Assembly: GCA_964590225.1 (NCBI GenBank)
Contig: CAZPWS010000011.1
Location: 4,136 to 68,135, forward strand
Length of the DNA: 64,000 nucleotides
DNA from: an uncultured Fibrobacterota bacterium
GTDB taxonomy: Bacteria > Fibrobacterota > OXYB2-FULL-49-7 > JAEUSG01
Direction: 5' to 3'
In this document: in pieces, positions 1-8,765 of the stretch
Position numbering within the stretch: position 1 is the first letter of the stretch
Layout: each line of letters begins with the position of its first letter
Translations under genes and position numbers: made by a program
The notes under the pieces: generated by a model
What the model saw: only the letters and a program-made list of their open reading frames with translations
What the model was told of the DNA's origin: nothing
The model's database searches: none

Positions 1-189
1 CGCCAGTTTTTTTGCCGATTCGTTAAGCTCCTTTGCTCTTTTGACGGGCGAAACAAAGGTATCAATAAAAAATTCTGCCATCTGGACAGTGCCTTTGGTT
101 TTCAGCTCTACAATTGCCTGAATACCGCCAACCGAGAATAGCAGAAGACAGAAAAAAATAATAAAGACAATTTGATTTTTTTTACTCAT
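1..189 (-). CDS. Partial CDS (N-terminal 63 aa; runs off the window start). It is a membrane-anchored protein directly downstream of the MBOAT gene and may be its periplasmic partner.
   Basis: The reverse complement of 1-189 translates to MSKKNQIVFIIFFCLLLFSVGGIQAIVELKTKG..., a single N-terminal TM helix. The ATG is 7 nt after the MBOAT stop, so the two are probably co-operonic. Confidence 0.45.
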   Translation of the reverse strand, partial: MSKKNQIVFIIFFCLLLFSVGGIQAIVELKTKGTVQMAEFFIDTFVSPVKRAKELNESAKKLA

Positions 190-196
190 AATCTTC

Positions 197-1621
197 TCAA
201 AATTGAAAGTAGAGGAACGGACTGAATGTCTGTGTGAACATCATTATTATGGTTAGTGCAAAAACAGCCACAAGTAAAACAAGTTTGGATACCGAAAGTT
301 TTTCAACCCAATGGTGCGCCTGTACGGGCATCCATGTGAAAATTGAACAAACCACAATAGTTATGATGTTCTGAAGTGTAAAGAGATTCGCCTCAAGCAT
401 AGCTGAAGCTGGAGCAAGCTCTTTTAGTCCAAGCATAAACCCCCAATAATCCCAGGCCTGTCCTAACGAAGGAGCGCGGAACAGCACCCATCCGAAAAGA
501 ACCAGTATTTGTGCAAACACCAGTTGGCCCCATGCTGGCAGAATGGCATAAAAGGGCTTTTTGCCCGAAAGCCGCTCAATCAAAAGCCATGCCCCCTGAT
601 AAATTCCCCACATAAGAAAGTGCATCTGGTTACCATGCCACAAACCACAAAGGAAAAGGGTAACCACCAAGTTGAAATAGGTCCGTGCAACACCTTTCCT
701 GTTGCCGCCAAGCGGTATGTAGAGATAGTCCTTTATCCAGGTTGAGAGCGAAATATGCCATCTACGCCAAAATTCAGTAATTGATTTCGAGTTATAGGGC
801 GAGTCGAAGTTTTTAATAAATTCAAAACCGAACATCCGCCCAAGCCCAACTGCCATATCGGAATAACCGCAAAAATCAAAATAAATCTGGAAACTATAGC
901 CCAGTATTCCAAACCATGCCGTAAACACCCCCGGGGTGTCTGCACCAAATGCGGTGTCGGCAATAACCGCCGCAGAATCAGCTAAAAGAAGCTTCTTTGC
1001 AAGTCCAAGAACAAAGAGGGCCATGCCTCTTGTAAACATCTCTACTGAATGTTTTCGGTGGACAAGCGCATCCGCAACTGTTTGATAACGGATAATTGGG
1101 CCGGCAATCAGCTGCGGAAACATTGCAACAAAACAGGAAAAAGAGGCCATATCCTTGATTGGACGGGCATCACCGCGCCACACATCGATAGTGTAGCTCA
1201 TTGTCTGAAAGGTGTAAAACGAAATTCCCGCGGGCAGAAAAATTTGCATTACCGGCAGCATGGCACCATCAGCACCAAGAAGCATGGCAAGCTTATTTAC
1301 GCTGTCCGCAAAAAAGCCGGCATACTTAAAAAAACCAAGCATACTTAGATTGCCAACCATCGAAAAGGTCAAAAACAGATTTCTTCTGAACTTTGTAGCC
1401 CCCTCTATAGTTATGTTTTTGCCGCATGTGTAGTCGAGGAGGGTTGAAATCCACATCAATGACACATACCAAGGATTAAGCCAACCGTAAAATATGTAGC
1501 TGACTACGGTAAGGAAAAAGTTGGGGATGCTAATATTAACCCTTGAAGCTACTAAGGCATAGTACAGGACAAGGGTAAGCGGCAGAAAATAGAACAAAAA
1601 GATTTGCGAACTAAAAACCAT
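197..1621 (-). CDS. MBOAT-family membrane-bound O-acyltransferase (AlgI/DltB-like)
   Basis: 474 aa polytopic membrane protein. The conserved MBOAT His region is present (WRRWHISLSTWIKDYLYIPLGGNRKG), and the overall profile matches AlgI/DltB/PatA. Confidence 0.85.
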   Translation of the reverse strand: MVFSSQIFLFYFLPLTLVLYYALVASRVNISIPNFFLTVVSYIFYGWLNPWYVSLMWISTLLDYTCGKNITIEGATKFRRNLFLTFSMVGNLSMLGFFKYAGFFADSVNKLAMLLGADGAMLPVMQIFLPAGISFYTFQTMSYTIDVWRGDARPIKDMASFSCFVAMFPQLIAGPIIRYQTVADALVHRKHSVEMFTRGMALFVLGLAKKLLLADSAAVIADTAFGADTPGVFTAWFGILGYSFQIYFDFCGYSDMAVGLGRMFGFEFIKNFDSPYNSKSITEFWRRWHISLSTWIKDYLYIPLGGNRKGVARTYFNLVVTLFLCGLWHGNQMHFLMWGIYQGAWLLIERLSGKKPFYAILPAWGQLVFAQILVLFGWVLFRAPSLGQAWDYWGFMLGLKELAPASAMLEANLFTLQNIITIVVCSIFTWMPVQAHHWVEKLSVSKLVLLVAVFALTIIMMFTQTFSPFLYFQF

Positions 1622-1651
1622 TTGTAGAATTGCTCCTGAAAAATTAGTGGG

Positions 1652-2125
1652 TTATTTCACAATGTCGGCTTTAAGTGAATAATACTTTGCCAATTCAGAA
1701 TCAAAATATTCGTCTTCAACGGCATCGTTCCAGACAAGAGAGATTGGTTCGATAAGGGTAAGTTTATGTAGCTGCCCTTCTTCAAATTTTGCTACTGTTC
1801 CAATGGTAAGCTTCGCCATTGCATCCTTAACTTGGCCCCTTGCAATTCTCGGATTATAATGGCCTACAAGAAGATCTTTACCAGCATAATTGCCGCTCAA
1901 CACTTTAACAATACGATATTTCATTATATAAACATAATTGTACAGGTCGTTTGGGGCAAATTTACCAGGTATTTCAACAAGTCGAGCTTCAACTACCAAG
2001 GTGTCAACTTTTTTTGCGGTAGCTTTGTTAACTTTCTTAGCTGGTTCCGCTGCATAAGAGGCCAAAAAAAGTAGCGAAAAGATAAATACAAGAGAAATTT
2101 TATTGACCATTCCAACCCCTTTCAT
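1652..2125 (-). CDS. Exported hypothetical protein (157 aa) upstream of the MBOAT gene
   Basis: N-terminal signal peptide (LVFIFSLLFLASYAAEP). No motif I recognise. Confidence 0.55.
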   Translation of the reverse strand: MKGVGMVNKISLVFIFSLLFLASYAAEPAKKVNKATAKKVDTLVVEARLVEIPGKFAPNDLYNYVYIMKYRIVKVLSGNYAGKDLLVGHYNPRIARGQVKDAMAKLTIGTVAKFEEGQLHKLTLIEPISLVWNDAVEDEYFDSELAKYYSLKADIVK

Positions 2126-2204
2126 GAGAAAATCTAAGATTCCACTAAAAATTAATCCAAACTAATACGATTAACAATAATTAATTCACATACCATAATC
2201 AATA

Positions 2205-3203
2205 CTAACGGCCACCATTTTTCTGCACTACTACCGTAAAACCATTACCAACTTTATCATCAATATCCTGCACTTCAACTATATTGAAATTCAAATACTT
2301 AACAACCTCTACAAGATCCTCAGTTATCCAGATGTTATGATGTCCATAATCGGTACTCTTAAAATCGGTTTCAAACCTCTTTATAAGTTCTTCAAGAGTG
2401 GTTCGCGGTAAATCTTTATCGAACATCCTCTCCTTATGAGGGACAAGCAGAAATAGAAATCCACCTGGCCTTATAACTCTGTGCCATTCCAAAAGACCTT
2501 TAATGGGGTTAGCTATATGTTCAAGGACATGGGAAGTAACAATAAAGTCCCATGAATTATCGGTAAAAGGAAGCTTTTCACCAAAAGCAACAATATCAAC
2601 CGGCATATAGTCACCGCATGTTCTGATTTCATCAAGTTTATAAACGGTCATAGCTGGCGTATAGTCGATGTTTAGCGTATTTAACCCAAACGCATTACTG
2701 GCAGAGCCGCCTATTTCAATGCCACGCAAACCATCCAGATACTTGTGGGCAAGCACACTTTCTCGCACACGGCCAGCAATTGGCCACTTTATAGTATTGT
2801 CAAGTATAGCCGCTATCGCTTCCGGCAATTTCTCGACCTGTTGGGAAAGCAAGGCCTGTGCCAATAGAACCTGCAAATCTTTATCTGAAGGGTTAGCGTC
2901 CAGAGCTTTTCTAATTAGAGGTATCATCTCCCATATTGAGCCAAAAGAACGGGCAACTTCGGATAAATTTACTACAATATCCGGATTTTTCTGATCGAGT
3001 ATATGGGCGTGCAGCAATATCGCAAATGATTCGCTCTTCATGCCAAGATAGTAGTTAATCAAACCCATGCACTGATAAGTTGCTGCCGTGTTCCCGAATT
3101 TAATCCGAGCCTCCTTAACGGCATCCATAGCAGAGCGAAACTCTCTTTTCTGTATGTGGCTATTTGCGAGATCGATTAAGCCTGCAAGTTCATCGTTCTG
3201 CAT
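2205..3203 (-). CDS. TPR-like N-terminus fused to a class I SAM-dependent methyltransferase
   Basis: Methyltransf_11-type motifs (LEIGGSASNAFG ... SWDFIVTSHVLEH ... RVIRPGGFLFLLVP), with a helical repeat region at the N-terminus. Confidence 0.7.
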   Translation of the reverse strand: MQNDELAGLIDLANSHIQKREFRSAMDAVKEARIKFGNTAATYQCMGLINYYLGMKSESFAILLHAHILDQKNPDIVVNLSEVARSFGSIWEMIPLIRKALDANPSDKDLQVLLAQALLSQQVEKLPEAIAAILDNTIKWPIAGRVRESVLAHKYLDGLRGIEIGGSASNAFGLNTLNIDYTPAMTVYKLDEIRTCGDYMPVDIVAFGEKLPFTDNSWDFIVTSHVLEHIANPIKGLLEWHRVIRPGGFLFLLVPHKERMFDKDLPRTTLEELIKRFETDFKSTDYGHHNIWITEDLVEVVKYLNFNIVEVQDIDDKVGNGFTVVVQKNGGR

Positions 3204-3218
3204 AACACATGTCCCCTA

Positions 3219-3839
3219 CTAAGTTAGTGATTTTCGATACTCATTCATGCGCTTGCCATGATGGATAAACTCCCGCAGCAAAACAAAGCCGGCAGAACGG
3301 TAAAAAGCGTTCGATTTATTGTCAAGTGCGCTTGTAACGACTTTATACTCTTTTATACCGCCCTTTTCTTTAAAAAAGCTGTCAAGCCTGCCTACTAATT
3401 TTTTGCCGAGTCCCCTGCCATGCATTTCTGGTGTAACCGCTACCGACAATAATTCCGCATCGATTCCCTTACATTGAAATGTATTTGTTGAGGGCTTTGG
3501 AGAATGCGATACAAAAGGATAAGCCACTGTTTCGATAATTTTCTTAAGCGTTACAATAGAAAACAGCTTACTACTGATAGCAATAATAAAAGAAAATCCA
3601 TACCGTCGTAAGGCATACCTATAAAAGCGAGGAAGAGAAAGAGTACCAGCCAGAAAAGCAACAACAGAACTGCCAGCGTCCCGTTCTAAAAAAAGCACAC
3701 TATCTTTGTGCGAGTCAACCGATTCATACAGTTTCGATAAAAAACCTACCCCAAGCGAGGAAAGAAATCCTTCGGGAATACCCTCGATATGAAGTTCCGC
3801 AACCCGCCTGTAATCTTTTTTTTCAACCATTTTTTGCAA
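3219..3839 (-). CDS. GNAT-family N-acetyltransferase
   Basis: Acetyl-CoA binding motif HGRGLGKKLV and a GNAT-like C-terminus. Confidence 0.7.
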   Translation of the reverse strand: MQKMVEKKDYRRVAELHIEGIPEGFLSSLGVGFLSKLYESVDSHKDSVLFLERDAGSSVVAFLAGTLSLPRFYRYALRRYGFSFIIAISSKLFSIVTLKKIIETVAYPFVSHSPKPSTNTFQCKGIDAELLSVAVTPEMHGRGLGKKLVGRLDSFFKEKGGIKEYKVVTSALDNKSNAFYRSAGFVLLREFIHHGKRMNEYRKSLT

Positions 3840-3854
3840 GTATAAATTTGGCTC

Positions 3855-5069
3855 TTATAGGGGCAGAATTTTATTGTATTCATTAACCTCAACAGCCGTC
3901 CACGGAAGACCATACTTGTTAAGGTCGTCCATAAAAGGATCGGGGTCAAACTCTTCCATATTAAAAACCCCCTTGCCGCGCCATTTATTTTCCAAAATCA
4001 TTTTAGCGCCTATCATTGCTGGAACGCCAGTTGTGTAAGAAACAGCCTGAGCCTTCGTTTCACGGTAACATTCGGCGTGGTCGCAAACATTGTAGATGTA
4101 CCAGACCTTTTCTATGCCATCTTTTTTGCCCTTTATTAGACAGCCAATATTTGTTTTACCGGTGTAGTTCTTGCCAAGCGAACCAGGATCGGGCAAGAGC
4201 GCTTTAAGAAATTTTATTGGCACTATCTTTTTTCCCTCAAACTCAACAGGATCGATTCTGGTCATACCAATATTCTGCAATACTTTAAGGTGTGTGAGAT
4301 AGTTTTCTCCAAAGGTCATCCAGAAACGGATTCGTTTAAGACCTGGCAGGTTTTTTGCAAGAGATTCAAGCTCCTCATGATACAAAAGAAAGCTGTTTTT
4401 ATGGCCAATTTCGGGGTAATTATAATGAAAATTTAGCGACATAGGAGGAATTTCTATCCATTTTCCATTCTCCCAATACTTGCCCTTCTGGGTTATTTCC
4501 CTTATGTTAATTTCCGGGTTAAAGTTTGTGGCAAATGGATGACCGTGGTCACCTGCATTACAATCAAGAATATCAACAAAATTAATTTCATCGAAATAAT
4601 GTTTAAGTGCATAAGCACAAAAAACATTAGTTACTCCCGGATCGAAACCGGATCCAAGAAGAGCCATAATACCTTTGGTTTTATACTTCGATTTGTATGC
4701 CCATTGCCATTTATACTCGAATTTGGCTTTTGTTGGCGGTTCATAATTGGCAGTATCTAAATAGTCAACACCTGTTGCCAGACAAGCATCCATTATTGGC
4801 AGATCCTGATACGGCAGAGCAATATTTAACACCAACTTTGGCTTATGCTTTTTTATAAGGGCTATAACCTGCTTAACATTATCGGCATTGACCTTATCGG
4901 TTTTTATAGTTCTCTTTGTTGCACTCTTTACATCTTTGGCGATTTGCTTACACTTAGACTCCGTGCGGCTTGCAAGAACAATTTCAGAAAATACTTCCGG
5001 CAATTGAGCGCATTTGTGCGCAACTACATTTCCCACTCCACCAGCCCCGATAATCAGTACCTTTGCCAT
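3855..5069 (-). CDS. Saccharopine dehydrogenase-family oxidoreductase, possibly carboxynorspermidine/carboxyspermidine dehydrogenase
   Basis: Rossmann start MAKVLIIGAGGVGNVVAHKC. The 404 aa length fits the Sacchrp_dh N+C architecture typical of CANSDH. Confidence 0.65.
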   Translation of the reverse strand: MAKVLIIGAGGVGNVVAHKCAQLPEVFSEIVLASRTESKCKQIAKDVKSATKRTIKTDKVNADNVKQVIALIKKHKPKLVLNIALPYQDLPIMDACLATGVDYLDTANYEPPTKAKFEYKWQWAYKSKYKTKGIMALLGSGFDPGVTNVFCAYALKHYFDEINFVDILDCNAGDHGHPFATNFNPEINIREITQKGKYWENGKWIEIPPMSLNFHYNYPEIGHKNSFLLYHEELESLAKNLPGLKRIRFWMTFGENYLTHLKVLQNIGMTRIDPVEFEGKKIVPIKFLKALLPDPGSLGKNYTGKTNIGCLIKGKKDGIEKVWYIYNVCDHAECYRETKAQAVSYTTGVPAMIGAKMILENKWRGKGVFNMEEFDPDPFMDDLNKYGLPWTAVEVNEYNKILPL

Positions 5070-5087
5070 TTTTTGCCCCCTTATGTT

Positions 5088-7946
5088 CTATACAAAAAGT
5101 TTTATTTCGACCCGCTCTTTACCCTCAAGAGAGAATATTTCCGTCTGGTTATCTCCACTCTCTTTCCCCCTCTTTGGAGCCACTGTCACGGTAAGAGCTA
5201 TTTTGTCGTACAAACCCTTACTGTTTTTGCGGTGTATAATGCGCTTGAATACCATCTCTTTTTTTAATTCCGAAGGAAGTATGGGGGCTATTTCAATGTC
5301 CGGTTTATCCGGGTCATGTAGATTAAGTGAAACTCCGGCGATTTTCTGGAAAATTTCTACAATCCAGTCAACCGATCCAGAAAGGCCAAAATACATTCCT
5401 TTCCCATAGTGTGGGTCATCCCTGTCAGATACATATGATGTGCTTGGAGTTTCAAACGGACCACATAGAGACTCATCGCGTAGGGCAGACATCATCGGTT
5501 TAAACTGCTTCCACACAGTATCCACCTCACCGGCAATAGATAACCTATACCTGTGCATCATTACCTGACAGTGGTGATACTCACCATTTTCTGCGGTACC
5601 GACAGGCAGCACCCCCATCCTTCCGGCAAGCTCAATAGAGCGCTGGTTATTTGCGATAGGTTTTGTGAACATCACAAGTCCAAGTTTTTCATCAAAAAAC
5701 AGCTTGTCGGTTGTTCGTAATACCTTTGAAATTATTTCACCGCCATTGTTTACTTCCGGCAACCAATCCCGTTTGGTGTTAATCATCTCGATGCAATATG
5801 CCTGACAATTAAGCTCTCTTCTGTTTATGCTATCAAAGTCTCTATTTTTGAGAGAGCCAAGTGTATAACCTGTTTCACCATTTTTGTAATTTGGCACAGA
5901 CCCATCAAGGTGGAACTCATGGATACAATTGAGGAAGCCGGAGTTAAAAGAGTCCGGACCATCTTCGTATGCCCATTTAATAATATTGGTTCGTAGTGCT
6001 GCTGCAAAATTTTTCAAAACTGAAAGGTCAACAAATAATGAATTATTTCGTAAGGAATCAGCAATATGCCTACTTTCAAGAACATCCACAACCTCAACAA
6101 TAGTCAAAAACAGATGAGCAGAAAGCCTTGTTTGTACTCCCCTACCCTTTCCCCTTGTTGACGCATCTCCTACAACCGAAGTTCCAAACATATCAATGGG
6201 ATCACACCAGTCGCCGTAAAGAATTTGCGCCATACCATACGGCGAATCGTCTGCATGCCGCTTAAAGCAAAGTAAAACTTCTTCTATTACTTTCACAATG
6301 GGCAATACCCTCTCACCGCCGATAATCCCTGATACTTCGGGTTTTTCAGGATTTGTTAATTTTATGGTGCCAACGGATTCAAATAGTATATCGGTATCTC
6401 CCGTTTCCTTGATATACATACAAAGAGAGTTTAACAACCATAATGGGCTATCGGTATAGGGTCTGTTATCGTTTTTAATCTCGATGGTGCGATTGTTCCA
6501 TGAGCTCGGATATTGCCGGGGGAACATTCCATGCAGCTTTTCTTTGAGTGTAAGCGGTCGCTCGTCTTTTTTTGGAAAGGAGTCTGTCGTCTGATAGGTA
6601 AACCCAAGTGCGTAAACAAGGTCGTCTCTAACGCGGCCGGGATCCTCCTTCATTTTAGGCCACATATCCTGCCCCCGATCCCGTGTCCCAAGTTCAATAC
6701 CATCAGCCAATTTAGCGCCATGCGCACGACAATTTTCGTACAGCTCCTTTACGCCAGTCCAGACTGAATTAGCATACTCCGATACCGCTTTTTCCGCTGG
6801 CAATTGTAGTTCAAAGGGGGGAAAATAGTTTTCCGCTTTATCTTTTTTTGCAGCTTTTATATTGTAAACTTCTGAATTAATATTCGTTACCTTGAGAAGA
6901 GAACCTGTTGCTTTTCTAAAACTCTTTTCCATCGCACTAAAAGTAGGTTCAGTATGACCAGCTTCCATTCGGTATTTCTCGTTGATTGCATTGTTGTCGA
7001 TATAAAGTAAATACTGCTGTAAATCTGCACTTTTTTTAGGCGCAAGAGAAAAAGAAAATCCCGATGCACCTATCGCAGCAGTAGCAAACCTATTAATTCG
7101 CGTACCCGCACCCCCCTTTACCATTTCCCCCTTTAACACAGAGGCTGGCAAAAGCACCGAAATAGAAGTATCGCCAACAAAGGTAGAATAATCGCTTGTA
7201 GAAGCTATATGGGTAAGATTATTGTATTCACTATGAAGCCTCTTTATTTGCACAATCTCACTATATGGAACCCGTGCAGTCATTATAATATCTTTTTCCG
7301 TAACAGGCGCTCCACAGTCGTACCAGATTTCTTTATTGTACACAAATTTCTGTGTACCATGCAGTGACGAGTAGGACCAAAGTTGGCCGTTAATTTTCGT
7401 ACTTCCTCTGTTAAATATCGCCGCTGACCTTACAATAGCCGGTCCCTTTGAGGTGTACACAAGCGACAGTTTAACAGCCGTCTCAAATGTAGAATTAAAG
7501 ATTTTAAAGGCTGAACAGTACCACATTGCCCTTTCAGGATCGCCAACCTTTACTATCTTTGTTGAAATAGGAATACAACCGAAATTAATAGCAGGATTCA
7601 TAAGAGAAACAATTTTTAGCTCTTTCCCACGGTTTAATCGCAGCCAAAGATTGGTGGATGGAACTCCAACCTCCCGTTTTTCAACCGGATCAAAATGGGA
7701 ATCAAGCACCTTAACATCCATGCCATCTTTCAGCTTAACAGTGAACCCGACACTGCCATTAGACATGAAAGTAGCGGTCGCATTTAGTATATTGTCAACA
7801 ATAACGGATGGACACCCTGATGGATGCGCATTGTATATTACCTCGCTTGCAGGACCATACCCGCCGAGACGATTAACCCTGTGGACAACCTTAAGTGAAA
7901 GAATTCTGTTTGCCTCAGCTAAGAATCCATTTTGTTTGTCTGCCAT
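5088..7946 (-). CDS. Large (952 aa) glycoside hydrolase/phosphorylase-like protein, probably six-hairpin GH94/GH36-like. I cannot assign the family by eye.
   Basis: Long uninterrupted ORF with Trp/aromatic-rich segments typical of (alpha/alpha)6 glycosidase or phosphorylase cores. Translationally coupled to the IMPase gene. Confidence 0.45.
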   Translation of the reverse strand: MADKQNGFLAEANRILSLKVVHRVNRLGGYGPASEVIYNAHPSGCPSVIVDNILNATATFMSNGSVGFTVKLKDGMDVKVLDSHFDPVEKREVGVPSTNLWLRLNRGKELKIVSLMNPAINFGCIPISTKIVKVGDPERAMWYCSAFKIFNSTFETAVKLSLVYTSKGPAIVRSAAIFNRGSTKINGQLWSYSSLHGTQKFVYNKEIWYDCGAPVTEKDIIMTARVPYSEIVQIKRLHSEYNNLTHIASTSDYSTFVGDTSISVLLPASVLKGEMVKGGAGTRINRFATAAIGASGFSFSLAPKKSADLQQYLLYIDNNAINEKYRMEAGHTEPTFSAMEKSFRKATGSLLKVTNINSEVYNIKAAKKDKAENYFPPFELQLPAEKAVSEYANSVWTGVKELYENCRAHGAKLADGIELGTRDRGQDMWPKMKEDPGRVRDDLVYALGFTYQTTDSFPKKDERPLTLKEKLHGMFPRQYPSSWNNRTIEIKNDNRPYTDSPLWLLNSLCMYIKETGDTDILFESVGTIKLTNPEKPEVSGIIGGERVLPIVKVIEEVLLCFKRHADDSPYGMAQILYGDWCDPIDMFGTSVVGDASTRGKGRGVQTRLSAHLFLTIVEVVDVLESRHIADSLRNNSLFVDLSVLKNFAAALRTNIIKWAYEDGPDSFNSGFLNCIHEFHLDGSVPNYKNGETGYTLGSLKNRDFDSINRRELNCQAYCIEMINTKRDWLPEVNNGGEIISKVLRTTDKLFFDEKLGLVMFTKPIANNQRSIELAGRMGVLPVGTAENGEYHHCQVMMHRYRLSIAGEVDTVWKQFKPMMSALRDESLCGPFETPSTSYVSDRDDPHYGKGMYFGLSGSVDWIVEIFQKIAGVSLNLHDPDKPDIEIAPILPSELKKEMVFKRIIHRKNSKGLYDKIALTVTVAPKRGKESGDNQTEIFSLEGKERVEIKLFV

Positions 7947-8747
7947 TTATGCACCCTTATTAAATCCTGAAGTTAACGCAATAAACCGTTCCTGAAGTTT
8001 GTAGTTAGTCGCAAGAAAGGTCTCTCTATAAAGATTATCGTTGGCACCAAAAAAATCGCCACAAAAACCGCCCGCCTCTTTTACAATAAGCTGCCCAGCT
8101 GCAACATCCCACGGTTTAAGCTGGAGCTCGTAAAAGGCTTCTGCCCGTCCGCAAGCAACAGAGACAAGATCGAGTGCTGCCGAACCTTCGCGCCTGTGGT
8201 CGCTCACCGCATTTTGAACACGCCCATACAAGGAGGCAAAAGCATTAACAATGTCACTATTCTGACGAAATGGCGTTCCAAATAAAACCAGTGCGTTTCG
8301 CAAATCCGCAGTTTCAGAGACTATAATTTTCTTGCCATCAAGAAAAGCCCCTTTGCCATTAAGCGCCGTGAATAGTTCATTGTGCATCACATCCATTACA
8401 AGGGCAGCAGAAAGAACCCCTTTTATTTCCGCAGCAATCGATACAGAGAAGCGGTGATGCATACGAAGGTAGTTAGTTGTTCCGTCAAGCGGATCGATTA
8501 TCCATCGCACATCTCCGCATCCATTTTGTTCAGCCATGCCTTCTTCAGTTAAAAAAGTGTGATCTGTAAATTGGCTGAGGATGGTATTTACAATGGCTTT
8601 TTCGGCCTCTTTATCAACAAAAGAGACGAAGTCATTTTTCGCCTTTATCTCGATCTGAGTCTGATCAACCTTTCCATAATGCTTTAGCAGCACAACCCTT
8701 GCTGCTAAAGCGGCTTGTTCCGCAACTTTTAGTAAATCGTCATTCAT
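7947..8747 (-). CDS. Inositol monophosphatase-family protein (SuhB/IMPase)
   Basis: IMPase signature motifs WIIDPLDGTTNY and the metal-binding region. 266 aa. Confidence 0.8.
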   Translation of the reverse strand: MNDDLLKVAEQAALAARVVLLKHYGKVDQTQIEIKAKNDFVSFVDKEAEKAIVNTILSQFTDHTFLTEEGMAEQNGCGDVRWIIDPLDGTTNYLRMHHRFSVSIAAEIKGVLSAALVMDVMHNELFTALNGKGAFLDGKKIIVSETADLRNALVLFGTPFRQNSDIVNAFASLYGRVQNAVSDHRREGSAALDLVSVACGRAEAFYELQLKPWDVAAGQLIVKEAGGFCGDFFGANDNLYRETFLATNYKLQERFIALTSGFNKGA

Positions 8748-8765
8748 TTATTATGGTTCCATGCT

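Noticed and set aside
509-1348. Several 76-99 aa ORFs on both strands inside the MBOAT gene, plus numerous similar internal or antisense ORFs throughout the track (e.g. 4016-4207, 14237-14479, 16615-16962, 45279-45803, 50456-51794)
   Set aside because: They all lie within long, motif-supported genes on the opposite strand or in another frame. Their amino-acid compositions are typical of antisense translation (Ser/Pro/Arg-rich).
3746-3949. 67 aa minus-strand ORF spanning the GNAT / saccharopine-DH junction
   Set aside because: It overlaps two confidently called genes in another frame and has no independent support.
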